From a virus (lineage: Duplodnaviria; Heunggongvirae; Uroviricota; Caudoviricetes), in the IMG/VR virus record IMGVR_UViG_2609459830_000022: DNA of 16,063 nt; one strand, written 5' to 3'. The notes under the pieces were generated by a model. It was not told the DNA's origin and did not search any database. It saw nothing but the letters and a program-made list of their open reading frames with translations. Shown one piece after another: positions 14,846-16,063 of this stretch. A program made the position numbers and the translations under genes. Numbering within the stretch: the stretch's first letter is position 1; each line of letters starts with the position of its first letter.

Positions 14846-16063
14846 TTATTTTCTTCTGGCTACTGGTAGCGTGGTTACGTTTTCATGTGTTCCCGCCAGT
14901 ATCCCTAACCGCTCCGTCCACATATCCAGCGCATTGCGTTTAGCATCCAGATAACGGGAATGATTATAAACTCGCTGCATTCCTGGCATCTGGTGGCCTG
15001 TAAGCTGCTCCACGACATGCGGATCAACGCCTAAATCGTTCAGCATGGTTGTAAAGGTGCGCCGGATGTCATGCAGTGACCAGTGAGGATGATTAAGCCT
15101 CCTGTGCGCTAATCTTCCATACTGCGATACGCTGGCCTCCTGTTTCACTTCCCCCAGCAATAAGCCCGTGTGCCTGTTCTGCTCCACCAGCTGCGTGACG
15201 AACGGCAGGATCGCTTCCGGTATGGGCCGGAATATTGCGACCTTCGTTTTGCTGTGCTCCTTCGGAACGGTCCATAGCATTTCCGTAAAATCCCACTCCC
15301 CGATCTCCGATAACCTCAGTTCTACCGTTCTGGCTCCGAAGACAATCAGGAGGCGGATTAACGCGACGTAGTAAGGGGAGAATATTTTTTTGTCCAGTGC
15401 CTGCAATAATTCGCCAAGTTCTTTGTTACTTAAGACACGTTCGCTTATATCCGGTTTTTTCCCAACGTCCGCCACGTTCAGATCGTCCAGAACGTTGCTG
15501 ATTGCATAGCGCCGCCTACGGCAGAACTTAAGCGCCTGTTTGCACGCCTGTAGCACGAATCCGGCAGTAACAGGCGTTCGCTTTGCCACCTGGTCAAAAC
15601 AGGCCAGCCAGTGCCGTAGCTCGCATTTATCCAGCGGCATAGCACCAATCTGCTGTATTACGTGATTATTAAGTCGCCTTTTCAGGGCGATATAATCCAC
15701 GCGGTTTTCCTTTACGTAATACTCAAGCCAGTAGGTGAGCGCATCGCCAACCGTTACCGGCTTTAACGCTTCCTGTACGGTGTAATTAAGCTCATGACGT
15801 GGATTTTTCCCCTCTGCCAGCCATGCGCGACACTGGGCGGCTTTTTCCCTGGCTGATTTCAGGCTCAGATCAGGATAACTTCCCAGCTTAATGCGTTCGG
15901 GTCGTGTCTCCCTTCCCGTTCCGGCCCTGTATGTGAAATACCAGGTCAATTTCCCTGATGTTAAATATTTCACGCTCAGGTTTCCGCCATCACTATAAAA
16001 CGTGTTTTTCTCCGCTGGCTTACCATGAAGTTTCCTTAGCAAGGTATCGCTCAGTTTGTTCAT
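14846..16063 (-). CDS. int: Tyrosine recombinase / integrase, P4-type with N-terminal arm-DNA-binding domain (405 aa)
   Basis: N-terminal FYSDGGNLSVKY ... WYFTYR arm-binding-type domain. Catalytic region with GARTVELR, HDIRRTF and the HSRY tyrosine. ATG is the last 3 nt of the window (16061-16063). Confidence 0.93.
   Translation of the reverse strand: MNKLSDTLLRKLHGKPAEKNTFYSDGGNLSVKYLTSGKLTWYFTYRAGTGRETRPERIKLGSYPDLSLKSAREKAAQCRAWLAEGKNPRHELNYTVQEALKPVTVGDALTYWLEYYVKENRVDYIALKRRLNNHVIQQIGAMPLDKCELRHWLACFDQVAKRTPVTAGFVLQACKQALKFCRRRRYAISNVLDDLNVADVGKKPDISERVLSNKELGELLQALDKKIFSPYYVALIRLLIVFGARTVELRLSEIGEWDFTEMLWTVPKEHSKTKVAIFRPIPEAILPFVTQLVEQNRHTGLLLGEVKQEASVSQYGRLAHRRLNHPHWSLHDIRRTFTTMLNDLGVDPHVVEQLTGHQMPGMQRVYNHSRYLDAKRNALDMWTERLGILAGTHENVTTLPVARRK

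Larger units (their letters stand above)
1584..16063. mobile_element. Integrated phage satellite / PICI-like island (capsid-forming, tail-less); left boundary approximate, right end beyond window
   Basis: Contiguous block of integrase, AlpA, replication initiator with iteron origin, SSB and an HK97-type head and packaging module, with no tail or lysis genes. It is inserted directly after phoQ; genes are minus-strand with frequent ATGA start/stop overlaps typical of phage operons. Confidence 0.75.

Noticed and set aside
1-16063. CRISPR arrays, rRNA and tRNA genes
   Set aside because: No spacer-repeat periodicity and no cloverleaf-like candidate at either junction was recognisable by eye. A tRNA or tmRNA scan is still needed for the 1462-2062 interval.

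Overview
The window holds a complete phoQ gene (1..1461, + strand) followed by about 14.5 kb of an integrated mobile element encoded almost entirely on the minus strand. Read in the element's own orientation (high to low coordinates) it runs: P4-type tyrosine integrase (start codon at the window edge, 16063) - AlpA regulator - a short convergent plus-strand unit (Arc-like RHH protein and a small ORF, closed by a strong plus-strand terminator) - two tandem Icd-like small genes - three tandem paralogous small genes - Toprim/RecA-like primase-helicase - iteron-type replication origin - two small hypotheticals - SSB - PerC-like regulator - terminator - a full HK97-type head and packaging module (major capsid, prohead protease, portal, head-tail adaptor, connector, HNH, putative cos, TerS, TerL) - one small ORF - junction region next to phoQ. 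No tail, baseplate, tape-measure or lysis genes are present. My reading is a capsid-forming, tail-less phage satellite (cfPICI-like island) that makes its own capsids and packages its own cos DNA but must borrow tails from a helper phage. All protein calls come from reading the translated ORFs for family-typical motifs; no database search was possible. Coordinates of CDS include the stop codon. The right attachment site lies beyond the window, so the element boundaries are not proven.
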